A stretch of 32,000 nt of DNA, taken from the NCBI GenBank assembly GCA_963718045.1, contig OY970350.1, positions 240,001 to 272,000 of the forward strand, written 5' to 3'. This DNA is from Candidatus Saccharimonadota bacterium (GTDB lineage: Bacteria > Patescibacteriota > Saccharimonadia > Saccharimonadales > UBA4665). Under the pieces are notes generated by a model. It had not been told where the DNA came from and did not search any database. It saw only the letters and a program-made list of their open reading frames with translations. Positions 1 to 9,361 of the stretch are shown one piece after another (position 1 is the stretch's first letter; each line of letters opens with the position of its first letter). The position numbers and the translations under genes were made by a program.

Positions 1-171
1 AACGGTAATTGTTCGTAATCCAATGAAATGACCTCCTCGTCTATTTTCCCTTATTCTATAATATCGACATGCAGATGTCAATTATCTGGGAGTGCATATT
101 CGAATGGTAGTGATGAAGTTCGTGACCGAAAGTCCAGTCTTGGATGGCGCGCTATCATATCCACTACTTAG

Positions 172-969
172 CTAACTTATAGATTCATAAATACCGGTCG
201 CGGCTGCCTTAAATGGTTGATCTTTATTTTGCATCCACCAGACAGAAAGATATGAAGCAATAACTAAGGTCCAGTTTTTAGGAACAGCCTCTGCTTCCGT
301 GGTTGCCACCTGCCCTTCATATCCTAGGACATAAAATGGACCGTTAGATATAACTAGGCCCACCGGATACTTGTCTGTTAGTTCTTTCATAAACTCGACG
401 GTTTGAGTCAGGTTCGTTGTTGATAGAATAGCTTTATTTAATCTTAGTTTAGACAAAAGCTTTTGCAGCTTAGAGACCTCAAGAACTATAAATGTGCTGG
501 GTCTTTCAAATAAGGTGGATGGCATAGCGAAAAAGTGATCTACTGAATCATTTGTTAAACATAGCTCACCTTTAAAGTCAGCCAGGAATGATTCGAGGAC
601 AATAGCTGTTTCTGAGTTATGGCCGAAATCTCCGGCAAGCAGTGTCAGGTCTGCCCAATTTGCCTGGTCAATAAAGCTAGCTAAACTAGAACGGCTAAAG
701 CTGCCCGTTGCATTTGACGGAGCAAAGACGGCGTCTTCAAGATGACTGCCGACACTAGCTTTCAGACTACCCGGCAGTAAGACATTGATTCTGCCGGCAC
801 CAGCCTTGTTGGCCATTGTATAAACTAGAGCCGGATCACTAAAACCGTGGGAACTGCCGCCGGCTATTAATAACTTGCCTGCTCTTAATTTATGTTCTGG
901 CCTGCTCCAAAGAAGGTCTTCAAATAACGGTCGGTTAATAGATTGCTTAAGCCAAGATGAATCGTTCAT
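172..969 (-). CDS. YjeF C-terminal / NAD(P)HX-dehydratase-like ribokinase-fold protein (divergent)
   Basis: 265-aa ORF. 'GKLLIAGGSSHGFSDPALVYTMANKAGAGRINVLLP' resembles the GGS..GA..aGaG start of the YjeF_C fold and 'LLAGDFG' resembles its GPGlG segment. The C-terminal GxGD motif is not recognisable. Start codon abuts the xth stop (969/970). Confidence 0.4.
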   Translation of the reverse strand: MNDSSWLKQSINRPLFEDLLWSRPEHKLRAGKLLIAGGSSHGFSDPALVYTMANKAGAGRINVLLPGSLKASVGSHLEDAVFAPSNATGSFSRSSLASFIDQANWADLTLLAGDFGHNSETAIVLESFLADFKGELCLTNDSVDHFFAMPSTLFERPSTFIVLEVSKLQKLLSKLRLNKAILSTTNLTQTVEFMKELTDKYPVGLVISNGPFYVLGYEGQVATTEAEAVPKNWTLVIASYLSVWWMQNKDQPFKAAATGIYESIS

Positions 970-1767
970 TTAAACTTCAATGTCTACACTAATCGGACAG
1001 TGATCTGAGCCCATATATTGGCTGTGTATATTAGCTGCTTTTAGCTTATTTTTAAGACTGGCAGACATCAGCAAATAGTCTATCCGCCAGCCAATGTTCC
1101 TAGCTCTGGCGTTAGCAAAATGTGTCCACCAGGTATAATGGCCATTACCTTTAGTGAATTGTCTGAAACTGTCAATAAAACCAGCGTCTATGTATGCCTG
1201 AATGCCTTCACGTTCTTCATTGGTAAAGCCCTTTTTGCCAACATTAGGTTTAGGGTTGGCCAGATCATCTTCGGTGTGGGCGACATTTAAATCACCGCAG
1301 AAGATTACCGGTTTCTTCTTATTAAGACCTAACACATATTTTAAGAAAGCTGGGTCCCAGTGTTTATGTCTTAGTTCCAGCCGGCTTAAATCATCCTTAG
1401 CGTTTGGTGTGTAGACGGTAACTAAATAAAAGTTATCGTACTCCGCTGTTAGTACTCTTCCCTCAAGATTTGGATCACCATAGTTGTCACCAGACAATTT
1501 ATATTCTTTGACAATATCTATTGGTAAACCATCAGCTACATTAAGCGGCTTAGGTTTGGTTAATATACCTGTACCTGAATAGCCGGCTTTCTCGGCCGGG
1601 TACCAGAAAGCTTGGTAACCGTCTAAATCCAGATCAAATTGTTCTGGTTTGGCTTTAATTTCCTGCAAACATAAAATGTCCGGCTTCTCTTTGTCCAGGA
1701 ACGCACTTAAAGCACCTTTAGTGATTACCGCTCTGATACCGTTGACATTCCAAGAATAAATGCGCAT
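970..1767 (-). CDS. xth: Exodeoxyribonuclease III / AP endonuclease
   Basis: 265 aa with canonical ExoIII/APE motifs 'MRIYSWNVNGIRA', 'LCLQEIK', 'GYSGTGIL', 'CGDLNVAH' and 'GSDHCPISV'. Confidence 0.93.
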   Translation of the reverse strand: MRIYSWNVNGIRAVITKGALSAFLDKEKPDILCLQEIKAKPEQFDLDLDGYQAFWYPAEKAGYSGTGILTKPKPLNVADGLPIDIVKEYKLSGDNYGDPNLEGRVLTAEYDNFYLVTVYTPNAKDDLSRLELRHKHWDPAFLKYVLGLNKKKPVIFCGDLNVAHTEDDLANPKPNVGKKGFTNEEREGIQAYIDAGFIDSFRQFTKGNGHYTWWTHFANARARNIGWRIDYLLMSASLKNKLKAANIHSQYMGSDHCPISVDIEV

Positions 1768-1820
1768 TTATTTTTTTAGTATAGCCTTCAGCCTACTCAT
1801 TTGCTAGACTGTGAGTTTAG

Positions 1821-2537
1821 ATGAGAGAGCCGTATAAAAGACTACTTCTTAAAATATCTGGTGAGCAGCTGGCAGGACAATTTGATGTTGGCATTGACCC
1901 GGACATAGCTAGTTATCTGGCCAAAGAAGTTAAAAAAGTACATGAAGAAGGCTGCCAAGTGGTAGTGGTAGTCGGCGGCGGCAATATGGTCAGAGGTGCG
2001 AAAGTAGCCGGCCACGGCATCAGACGGGTTACAGCCGATCAAATGGGTATGTTAAGTGGCCTTATTAACTCCATGTTCTTAACAGACATATTTGAAAACA
2101 ATAATATTGAAACTAGATGTTTAAGCAATATCTTTGCTGAGCAAGTTACAGAATCATACTCTTACCGCCGGGCTATAAAGCATCTGGAAGCAGGCCGGGT
2201 ATTAATTGTGGCCGGCGGTATTGCCAGGCCTTATTTCACTCACGACACGGCAGCAGTTAGTATTGCCCTTGAACTTGATTGCCAGGTAGTCCTAAAAGCA
2301 ACTAAGTTTGAAGGTGTTTTTGATAAAGACCCTGCCCTATTTCCTGACGCTAAGAAAATTAAAGCTATGACTTTTGAAGAAGCATTAAATAACCGGGCGA
2401 TAAATGTTCTGGATAAGGCAGCTGTCGGTCTAGCTTATGAGCACGATATGCCAATTATTGTTTTTGATCCGATGACGGCAGATAACTTCTTGAAAGTTGG
2501 TCTCGGTGAACAAGTCGGTACTTTGATTGCTAAGTGA
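1821..2537 (+). CDS. pyrH: UMP kinase
   Basis: 238 aa with 'LLKISGEQLAG', 'VVVVGGGN' and 'AGGIARPYFTHDTAA', typical of the PyrH amino-acid-kinase fold. Confidence 0.92.
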   Translation: MREPYKRLLLKISGEQLAGQFDVGIDPDIASYLAKEVKKVHEEGCQVVVVVGGGNMVRGAKVAGHGIRRVTADQMGMLSGLINSMFLTDIFENNNIETRCLSNIFAEQVTESYSYRRAIKHLEAGRVLIVAGGIARPYFTHDTAAVSIALELDCQVVLKATKFEGVFDKDPALFPDAKKIKAMTFEEALNNRAINVLDKAAVGLAYEHDMPIIVFDPMTADNFLKVGLGEQVGTLIAK

Positions 2538-2539
2538 TT

Positions 2540-4756
2540 TCAGTTTGGCGGTATCTCAGCCATGGCCCATAATGCTGGCAAATTCCGGCTGTATTCATCA
2601 TTAGTCGGGCTTTCCAGCTCAACTTCAAGAGCCGGCAGGTTAAGCTTATCATTCAGCCAGTCTTCATAAGCGCCGGTTGTCGTGTAGTCAAAAAAGTTAC
2701 CTATCTCATAGGTGGGGATTGCTTCATAATCTGCTAACTGGGCATATTCTGCTCCTAAAGCAATAGAGTCACCAGCATCATTGGCCTCGACAATTCCGCC
2801 GTGAGAATGCATTGTTAAGGTTAAAGTAGGCTGATTGTTTTGAGTATAAGCAGCAATAGCCTGTGACTCCGGCTCAGACAATGGATATGGGCCGCCATCG
2901 TTAGTCCAAACATCAGGAGCCGCCGGCTCAGTAACCTGTTCTGACCAGTTGTCGGCCGGGAAATTACGATTTAGGTCGACACCGTCAGCGTTTAGCCTAG
3001 TATTGGCAGCATAGCCATCAGGGTTAATCTGCGGGATGATAACCAAGGTGCGGTAAGATGGAATTTTGCCCGGGTTCGCATCAACATTCGGAATCCATTG
3101 CCGCAACAGATTGGCTGAGTTTTGTTCATTACCCTCCATGGCGGCAACAAATAGTACCATACTCGGACCATTGCCAAACTGGTAGGCGGTTATTGGGCGC
3201 CCGTCAACTGAAGTACCTATACTAAAGGTTGTATAGCAATGTGACCGAGTATTGTAGCTCCAAGCAGAATTACCAGAAATGCCGTAGTTACTTTCAATTC
3301 CTGATGATATTTGTACTTTCACTGTCGCACATACCGGGTAGGAGTTTGTTGGCGTTATGGTAACCTGCTGGCCGCTGGCGGTAATAGTAGCCGGCTGTTC
3401 GGTGCCGTTTACTAGTAGGCTTACGAACTGGCTTGGGTCCTGGCTTGGCATAAGCGGCTGGTCAAAATCTACAGTCATAGCCTGGCCGGAGGCTAAACCA
3501 AATGACGGTATGTTACTATCTATTACTGCCGGACCGCCAGAGGTAGTAAAGGCTAGATTGTAGGCCTGCTCTAACTGACTTTGATCACTAGCGGTCATAT
3601 TGGCTATGTGCAGGTTGAACTGAGTTTGTCTAGGTAAAGGGTTGGCAAAAGAGATATTAATATTCTCGCCGCTATATTTAACTGTAATAGGAACATTTAT
3701 AGTCTTATTGTTGGCAGAATAACTAAGCGTCGGTTCCTCTAAATTAATCAGCGTTTTATTGGTTTGTAAGGTAATGTCTGTCGGAATACTATAAACGGTT
3801 GAACCGGGCGAGATGGATGACTGAGTTATCTCAGTTGCGGTAACGGTCTGAACCGGATTTTGATAAGCGGTTGAAACAAGTTGATTATTAAATTCCCTAA
3901 CGACCGCTAGTTTATAGGTTGAATCGTAGGATAAGGAAAGAGGCGTTAAACTGCAGTCTAGCGTTAAATTCTCTTTAGAGCACGGACTGGTTTTCCCGTT
4001 TCCAGACAGGACATAATTAAAGGTTTTATCCTGCACCGAGAGTTTAAACTCTAGCGGATGTATTAGCGATAAATTCTTAGCACTGGATGTAGTTATGGTA
4101 ATAGCATCCACTTTTGGGTAAGACTTTGTGACTACGGATACTGTTTTATCTACAGCTAGGTCAACCAGATAAACAGTCTGGCGTCCCTCGTAGCTGCTAA
4201 AAGACACTGGTGCCTTAATTGGTGCTGCGCAAAGACGATCTGAAAAAATTGTTACGCCCGATATAGACCATAACGAAGGCCGGCTTAACTTAAAGTTGCT
4301 GTCGGTATAATGAAAGAAATCTGGGAATAAACCAGGGCTCACTATGCAGCTTTCGGACCTCGAGAAATTATAGTTTATAGTCTGAGGTATAACTGTAAAC
4401 ATTAAACCAGCCGTAATTAGTAGCAGCAAAATGAGTGAAGCAGCAGCTAATGACAGCTTTGGATAGCCAGTTATGACGTGTTTTACAGCTTTTGATACAT
4501 GTCTATAAATAAACCTTGCTAAAGCTATTATTTGGCCTAAGAGAATAAACAACAAAAGCTCTGGTTCTGTGGTAATTTTATTCAGTTCTTTATCGGCTTC
4601 AATCTGTCTGAAAACAGCCTCTTCCAATTCTAAACGAGCCGTCTGCAGTTCCACCTGCTGTTTATAAGCTTGATTCAGTTCGTTAACGCCGTTACTAGTG
4701 GTTGATTTATGCTCTTCTGATGGCTTATCTGGTTCTGATGAAGCGTTCGTAGTCAT
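2540..4756 (-). CDS. Membrane-anchored M14-family carboxypeptidase-like protein with Ig-like spacer domains
   Basis: 738 aa. N-terminal charged or coiled segment, then TM helices (about residues 70-125), then a long beta-rich region resembling SbsA/Big_5 Ig-like domains. C-terminal 228 aa carry M14 motifs 'INPDG', 'DLNRNFP', 'SEPES', 'TMHSHGG' and 'LEVELES'. The first zinc-ligand position reads 'MEGNE', not HxxE. Confidence 0.7.
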   Translation of the reverse strand: MTTNASSEPDKPSEEHKSTTSNGVNELNQAYKQQVELQTARLELEEAVFRQIEADKELNKITTEPELLLFILLGQIIALARFIYRHVSKAVKHVITGYPKLSLAAASLILLLLITAGLMFTVIPQTINYNFSRSESCIVSPGLFPDFFHYTDSNFKLSRPSLWSISGVTIFSDRLCAAPIKAPVSFSSYEGRQTVYLVDLAVDKTVSVVTKSYPKVDAITITTSSAKNLSLIHPLEFKLSVQDKTFNYVLSGNGKTSPCSKENLTLDCSLTPLSLSYDSTYKLAVVREFNNQLVSTAYQNPVQTVTATEITQSSISPGSTVYSIPTDITLQTNKTLINLEEPTLSYSANNKTINVPITVKYSGENINISFANPLPRQTQFNLHIANMTASDQSQLEQAYNLAFTTSGGPAVIDSNIPSFGLASGQAMTVDFDQPLMPSQDPSQFVSLLVNGTEQPATITASGQQVTITPTNSYPVCATVKVQISSGIESNYGISGNSAWSYNTRSHCYTTFSIGTSVDGRPITAYQFGNGPSMVLFVAAMEGNEQNSANLLRQWIPNVDANPGKIPSYRTLVIIPQINPDGYAANTRLNADGVDLNRNFPADNWSEQVTEPAAPDVWTNDGGPYPLSEPESQAIAAYTQNNQPTLTLTMHSHGGIVEANDAGDSIALGAEYAQLADYEAIPTYEIGNFFDYTTTGAYEDWLNDKLNLPALEVELESPTNDEYSRNLPALWAMAEIPPN

Positions 4757-4895
4757 ATAAGTCTGTATATTTTGATCTTATATTAATAATAACACCTTGT
4801 AAGTAATATGAATTTCTAAAACTTTATTGTTGGCGGAGCGCTTAGGTCTGGGACCTTACCCCCTTATCATAGATGAAAGCGTATAATTTTGTATT

Positions 4896-5426
4896 ATGTC
4901 AAAGCCATATGTTATTGTTTTTGCCGGCGTACCAGGCAGTTCTAAAAGTATTATTGCGTACCATTTGTCTATAACCTTTTCATTGCCAATATTTAGTACA
5001 GATAATATTCGCAACGAAGTTAAAGAAGACTTGCTTGTAAATAATATTAATGAGCCTGAAGCCCTTAAAGAGTTTGAGTTTCGTCAGGGCAAACGATTTC
5101 AGGAAATACTGGGGCGTAAACAGAGTTTTATTAGGGATGGGAGTGTAGATCGACATTGGCAGGAAATCAAAGAACAGCTCGCATCTGCTGGCTACAGCTT
5201 GTGTTTAATTGATATGGAACTGTCGAGAGATTTTATGATCAACCTTTATAGCAAAACCAATCGAGTGAAGGCGATTGAAGAATTAGATATTTATTTAGCT
5301 CAACACACAGATTTTATGAAAAAATACTCAAGTGATGTAACAGTAAAAATCACTGATCAATTGTTTAAAGATAGAAACTCAATAGCTGAAGTGGCAGTGT
5401 GTAAATTCCTAATGCAGCTTTTTTAA
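4896..5426 (+). CDS. Small P-loop NTPase/kinase (AAA_33-like)
   Basis: 176 aa with Walker A 'GVPGSSKS' near the N-terminus. TATAAT (4882-4887) lies 8 nt upstream of the ATG and there is no SD. Confidence 0.5.
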   Translation: MSKPYVIVFAGVPGSSKSIIAYHLSITFSLPIFSTDNIRNEVKEDLLVNNINEPEALKEFEFRQGKRFQEILGRKQSFIRDGSVDRHWQEIKEQLASAGYSLCLIDMELSRDFMINLYSKTNRVKAIEELDIYLAQHTDFMKKYSSDVTVKITDQLFKDRNSIAEVAVCKFLMQLF

Positions 5427-5432
5427 TATATT

Positions 5433-5523
<91 letters not shown>

Positions 5524-5559
5524 AGTATGTAGATATTATATTAAAGTTTTACCACGAAA

Positions 5560-7935
5560 CTAATCTTTTGGCATTTCAAGATCACTGGCGTCAAGTCTAA
5601 CATGATCACCCGGCAGTATTTGTTTTTGCAATATATGCCTGGCAATACTATCTTCTACGGCACTTTGTAAGACTCGTTTCATGGGTCTGGCACCAAGACG
5701 AGGATCGTAACCTGCTTCGACAATTTTATTAACTGCCGCTTTAGTTAGTTCAACGGATATATTCTGGCTGCTTAAAGTCTGATTAATCTGGTTCAGCATT
5801 AAACCAACAATTTGAGATAGTTCATTCGGCAGCAGTGGCCTGAAGAGAACTACTTCATCAAATCTGTTCAGCAGTTCTGGCTTGAACTGACCGCTACTAA
5901 TAAGATGGTCGGCAAAAGCTTTTTCAAAGCTCTCCAAACTCTCACCCTTCTCCACTCTGTCCCGTATTTCCTGGGCTCCAGCATTAGAGGTGGATATAAT
6001 TATACAGTCTTTAAAACTGGTTGGCCGGCCGTTATCGTCAGTCAGCTGACCCTCGTCTAATAACTGCAGTAATAAATTGAGTATGTTTGAATGTGCTTTT
6101 TCAATCTCATCAAGCAGAACTACGCTAAATGGCTGTTTCCGGACCGACATTATTAGACTGGATGATTCATTCTTGCCATTGTCTAGTATGCGTTTAACAT
6201 CTTCTGCCTGCTGATACTCACTCATATCCAGCCTTATAAGGCTATTTTCACTGCCAAAATACTCAGCAGCTAATGATTTAGCCAGTTCGGTTTTACCAAC
6301 TCCCGTAGGACCTAAAAATAGAAAACTGCCTATAGGACGATGCGGGTCAGCTACCCCCGCTCGGGAACGTCTTAAGGCTGAAGCCACTATATTCACTGCG
6401 TGGTCTTGGTTAATCATCCGCTGGTGTATACGGTCTTCGAGATGAAGCAAAGCATCCGCCTCAACCGGAGCAGCCGAGCCGACCTTCACCCCAACGGTTT
6501 GTTCAATTGTTTTCTGGATAGAACTTGCAGTCACGATTTTGTCTGAGGCATTAGATACAGCTTGTTCGAGCAGTGTGATAGCTTTACCGGGGTACGCTTC
6601 ATCCTGGTTATATTTGCCGCTCAGCCTATAAGCTTCGACCAAGGCCTCAAAAGTGATCAGTACTTTATTCTGACCTTCCAGCTTAATAGCAGTGTCCTCA
6701 AGTATTCGCATTACCCCGGCTTTTGGCTGTTCGGTGAGAACGATAGGCGTGATGAGGCTGGCTAAAGCCGGCGACGAAGTTTTAAGCCCTTGGTATTCTT
6801 CAGGCGTGAAAGCTAATATAAAATGTACCCTGCCGCTCTGAAGTATTGGCAAAAGCACATTGCCAGCATTAAAGGAGCCCAGACCCTCAGTAAAAAATAA
6901 CTGGGAATTCTCTAAAAACAGGACAATATGCCCAGCCTTAGCAGCTTCATTCGACAGACTGTTAATAAGATACTCTATGTCACCAGTCTTCTTGGTGTTG
7001 GTCAGAATGAAAGCAGCATCCAGGCTGATAATCTGGTGATACTCCAGCGACTGCTTGGTCCTTCCTTCTATAAGTTTTTGAGCTAGAGCATATACATGAC
7101 TCTTTTTGCCTATGCCTGCTGGGCCTATTAAGGCTACTGCTCCGGCGTTATTATTAAAGGCTGCTTCGATGGCTTGAACGCCACTAGAGTTAGTAAGCCA
7201 GCCGAAATTAGCCCCGTACTTAGCAATAGATAAGCTAATATTGTCGCCAAATCGATTAAGCATTGGTGTAAAACCGAATGCCCAGTCCCGGCCAATACCG
7301 CCGAAGGATTGTTTACCGCGTTTCATATTCTCTGACAACCGGCATAGCCAACTAGCCACTTCAGATATATCTGATGGTTGCAGTTTAGAATGAATTAAGA
7401 GTTCCTTAACTGACGGTGAGCTGGAGAGTAAACCAGCTGCCACATAGCCCAGCTCAATAACAGGGCTATTATTCTCCTCGGCTAATTGAGCGGCAAAGGT
7501 TAAGGCCAGATTAAGATCACCCTCACGGTTACTTAAATTGAGATCTGCGGCATTGGATGGTATCAGTAAGTGATTAGTAAGGAAAATAACCTGCCAATGG
7601 CCGGCAATACTTTGCCAAAGTGTAGAAGGCGTCATTGCCTGGTTTGGCTTTAGCCTGGACAAAACGTCAACAGATAACTTGCCGTCCAGGCTGTGTCCTT
7701 CCGGCGGTAATACTGAAAGGTCACGCTTGTACCAGGTAGATAACATATAACAGACAATAGTCAGGGCAATTAAGAGGTAGATAAAGTGATATTGCTTAGA
7801 TAAAACAAGCCCGATGATTACTACTAAACAAATATAGATAATAACTAGCAGTAGGCCATACCCCAGGCGTCCTATATGACCTGCCAGGCGGGCTTTCTTA
7901 GCCCTGGTGCTATTAAGATCTATAACAGGTTTCAT
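5560..7935 (-). CDS. Membrane-anchored Clp/Hsp100-family double-AAA+ ATPase (degenerate D1, canonical D2)
   Basis: 791 aa with two N-terminal TM helices (about residues 25-68). D1 reads 'GPAGIGKKS' (Walker A), 'VLFLEN' (Walker B position) and 'ALASLITP' in place of the AL.RRFQP arginine-finger segment. D2 is canonical: 'GPTGVGKTE', 'VVLLDEIEKAH', 'STSN', 'LNRFDEVVLF', 'GARPMKR'. Confidence 0.85.
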   Translation of the reverse strand: MKPVIDLNSTRAKKARLAGHIGRLGYGLLLVIIYICLVVIIGLVLSKQYHFIYLLIALTIVCYMLSTWYKRDLSVLPPEGHSLDGKLSVDVLSRLKPNQAMTPSTLWQSIAGHWQVIFLTNHLLIPSNAADLNLSNREGDLNLALTFAAQLAEENNSPVIELGYVAAGLLSSSPSVKELLIHSKLQPSDISEVASWLCRLSENMKRGKQSFGGIGRDWAFGFTPMLNRFGDNISLSIAKYGANFGWLTNSSGVQAIEAAFNNNAGAVALIGPAGIGKKSHVYALAQKLIEGRTKQSLEYHQIISLDAAFILTNTKKTGDIEYLINSLSNEAAKAGHIVLFLENSQLFFTEGLGSFNAGNVLLPILQSGRVHFILAFTPEEYQGLKTSSPALASLITPIVLTEQPKAGVMRILEDTAIKLEGQNKVLITFEALVEAYRLSGKYNQDEAYPGKAITLLEQAVSNASDKIVTASSIQKTIEQTVGVKVGSAAPVEADALLHLEDRIHQRMINQDHAVNIVASALRRSRAGVADPHRPIGSFLFLGPTGVGKTELAKSLAAEYFGSENSLIRLDMSEYQQAEDVKRILDNGKNESSSLIMSVRKQPFSVVLLDEIEKAHSNILNLLLQLLDEGQLTDDNGRPTSFKDCIIISTSNAGAQEIRDRVEKGESLESFEKAFADHLISSGQFKPELLNRFDEVVLFRPLLPNELSQIVGLMLNQINQTLSSQNISVELTKAAVNKIVEAGYDPRLGARPMKRVLQSAVEDSIARHILQKQILPGDHVRLDASDLEMPKD

Positions 7936-8297
7936 AATTTAATTACTCCGATCACCAGAAAAACAATGAATGCCGGCGGCAAAAATGGCCAAACAACTAG
8001 TTCTATAAAACTAAGCAGTGAGACTAGAGCAAGAGTAATTAGAGCTGCAATAAGGACAATCAAGCGTACAGTGAAGCCGATAACGCGGCTTATTAAATTA
8101 TCTATAGCGGCATAAAAATGGGCTTGAATACTACGACCAGGAAGACTGATAATCCTTCGCCAAGGTGAGAATAAAGTACGCAGCAATGTTGAAACTGAGA
8201 AATAGGTCAGTACGTAACTAGTTCTCTTTTTAAAACTATTTAAAACTGTGGCCCATCCTTTTTCATACCACCAGCTCAACATGCTTATGACTGACAT
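7932..8297 (-). CDS. Small integral membrane protein, translationally coupled to the Clp-like ATPase
   Basis: 121 aa with a C-terminal pair of hydrophobic helices. Its stop overlaps the ATPase start by 4 nt (7932-7935). TAGAAT lies 6 nt upstream of the ATG. Confidence 0.6.
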   Translation of the reverse strand: MSVISMLSWWYEKGWATVLNSFKKRTSYVLTYFSVSTLLRTLFSPWRRIISLPGRSIQAHFYAAIDNLISRVIGFTVRLIVLIAALITLALVSLLSFIELVVWPFLPPAFIVFLVIGVIKL

Positions 8298-8350
8298 ACC
8301 ATAATTCTATCACCTAGCATTAAATGGGACGATATTGCAAACTGTCCGGC

Positions 8351-8443
8351 TGGCGGAGAGGGAGGGATTCGAACCCTCGCGGGAGCTTGCACCCCCCTAA
8401 CGATTTAGCAAACCGTCCCCTTCAGCCACTTGGGTACCTCTCC
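8351..8443 (-). tRNA. tRNA-Ser (anticodon GCU)
   Basis: Hand-folded: acceptor GGAGAGG/CCUCUCC, anticodon stem ACGGU/AUCGU, loop UUGCUAA, long variable arm, T-arm GAGGG-UUCGAAU-CCCUC. CCA is encoded. Confidence 0.9.
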
Positions 8444-8540
8444 TTGAACTGAAACCATTATATAGGTTGATTTGTTTCTTAGAAACTGTAAATAGATTTT
8501 ATGTGCATTATTAGCGCTAGCCGCTTAAGGCGGCATGGCC

Positions 8541-9083
8541 TCAAATGTGAGTAATCAACTTTATGGAAGGCAGCAAAGCGTGCTTAGCGGGTCTACCCTG
8601 TTTTAGATACTGCTCTAGCTCATCTGGGTACATCCATTCGCAACTCTTGAAATCCGAGGTATTGTAGTCAGGCACCGAATCACTTCTATATGAGAACACA
8701 CCCGTGAAAAAGTAAGGGTTTTCCGGAATCGGTGGTACCTTTCCTAACCAAGTCAGATCACTTTCCTGTATGCTTTGATTGGTTTCCTCAGCAAACTCTC
8801 GGACAAGGGCTGCTGCATAAGTTTCGCCAGAACGTACATGACCACTGACGCTATAATCTAAGCCTCCTGGTGCTATTTTCTTGTCGTCAGTTCTGATGGG
8901 GATCCACAGCTGGCCTTTACTATTTTGGATAAAAGCCCCAACACCCCGAACCAAGCCTTCTTTACTGTTAACTAGCTCTGGTGAGTCTCCATGCCTGATT
9001 GTCCCAATCACTCGATCGTTGTTGTCTACAAGATCGAGCAGCTCATCAGATTCGTCCTTTTCTGGGCTATGCATATCAACCAT
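8541..9083 (-). CDS. NUDIX hydrolase
   Basis: 180 aa. The Nudix box 'GHVRSGETYAAALVREFAEETN' matches Gx5Ex7REUxEExGU. The true start could be the ATG at 9074 (Met4), which lies 8 nt after a TGCTATAAA element. Confidence 0.8.
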   Translation of the reverse strand: MVDMHSPEKDESDELLDLVDNNDRVIGTIRHGDSPELVNSKEGLVRGVGAFIQNSKGQLWIPIRTDDKKIAPGGLDYSVSGHVRSGETYAAALVREFAEETNQSIQESDLTWLGKVPPIPENPYFFTGVFSYRSDSVPDYNTSDFKSCEWMYPDELEQYLKQGRPAKHALLPSIKLITHI

Positions 9084-9131
9084 TTATAGCACTTTTTAAA
9101 ACTTTCGGACTTAATACAATCACTTATTATT

Positions 9132-9220
9132 TGGCGGAGGGAGAGGGATTTGAACCCTCGAGGGCTATTCACCCTACACGCTTTCCAAGCGTGCGCCATA
9201 GGCCACTAGGCGACCCCTCC
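9132..9220 (-). tRNA. tRNA-Ser (anticodon GGA)
   Basis: Hand-folded: acceptor GGAGGGG/UCCCUCC, anticodon stem CACGC/GCGUG, loop UUGGAAA, long variable arm, T-arm GAGGG-UUCAAAU-CCCUC. CCA is encoded. Confidence 0.88.
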
Positions 9221-9361
9221 AAGTTTAGACTATGCAGGCTTAATATTAGCAATGCTGGGGCATTATTGAAAGCAGCATTAACAGATACTTGACACTCCTC
9301 CTAATATTACTAGAAAATAGCCTTGCTCTTTTAACAACTAAGGGTTTAAATTAATAATACA

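Noticed and set aside
1-36. Possible start of a minus-strand gene leaving the window (GGAGG at 32-36, then TTG at 21-23, reading M-D-Y-E-Q-L-P...)
   Set aside because: Only 7 codons are visible and the start would be a TTG. That is not enough to call a feature.
4831-4838. 'TGGCGGAG', identical to the first 8 nt (3' end, reverse complement) of the tRNA-Ser genes, 600 bp from tRNA-Ser(CGA). It could be a tRNA-3'-end duplication marking an integration site around the P-loop kinase gene.
   Set aside because: Only 8-9 nt match and the following sequence has no T-arm. There is no integrase, and the putative island would hold a single 176-aa gene. This is too short to distinguish from chance.
8520-8534. 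Hairpin GCCGC-TTAAG-GCGGC just downstream of the NUDIX stop, and the 13-bp palindrome GTTTCTTAGAAAC at 8474-8486
   Set aside because: The hairpin has only a 5-bp stem and no following U-tract on the minus strand. The palindrome has a 1-nt centre, so it cannot fold, and it has no second copy. A TATAAT at 8457-8462 (minus strand), 13 nt before tRNA-Ser(GCU), is a plausible tRNA promoter, but I would not call it without TSS data.
8881-9292. ORFs 8881-9099 and 8999-9292 (+)
   Set aside because: They run antisense through the NUDIX gene and across tRNA-Ser(GGA). The tRNA fold and the Nudix box explain the region.
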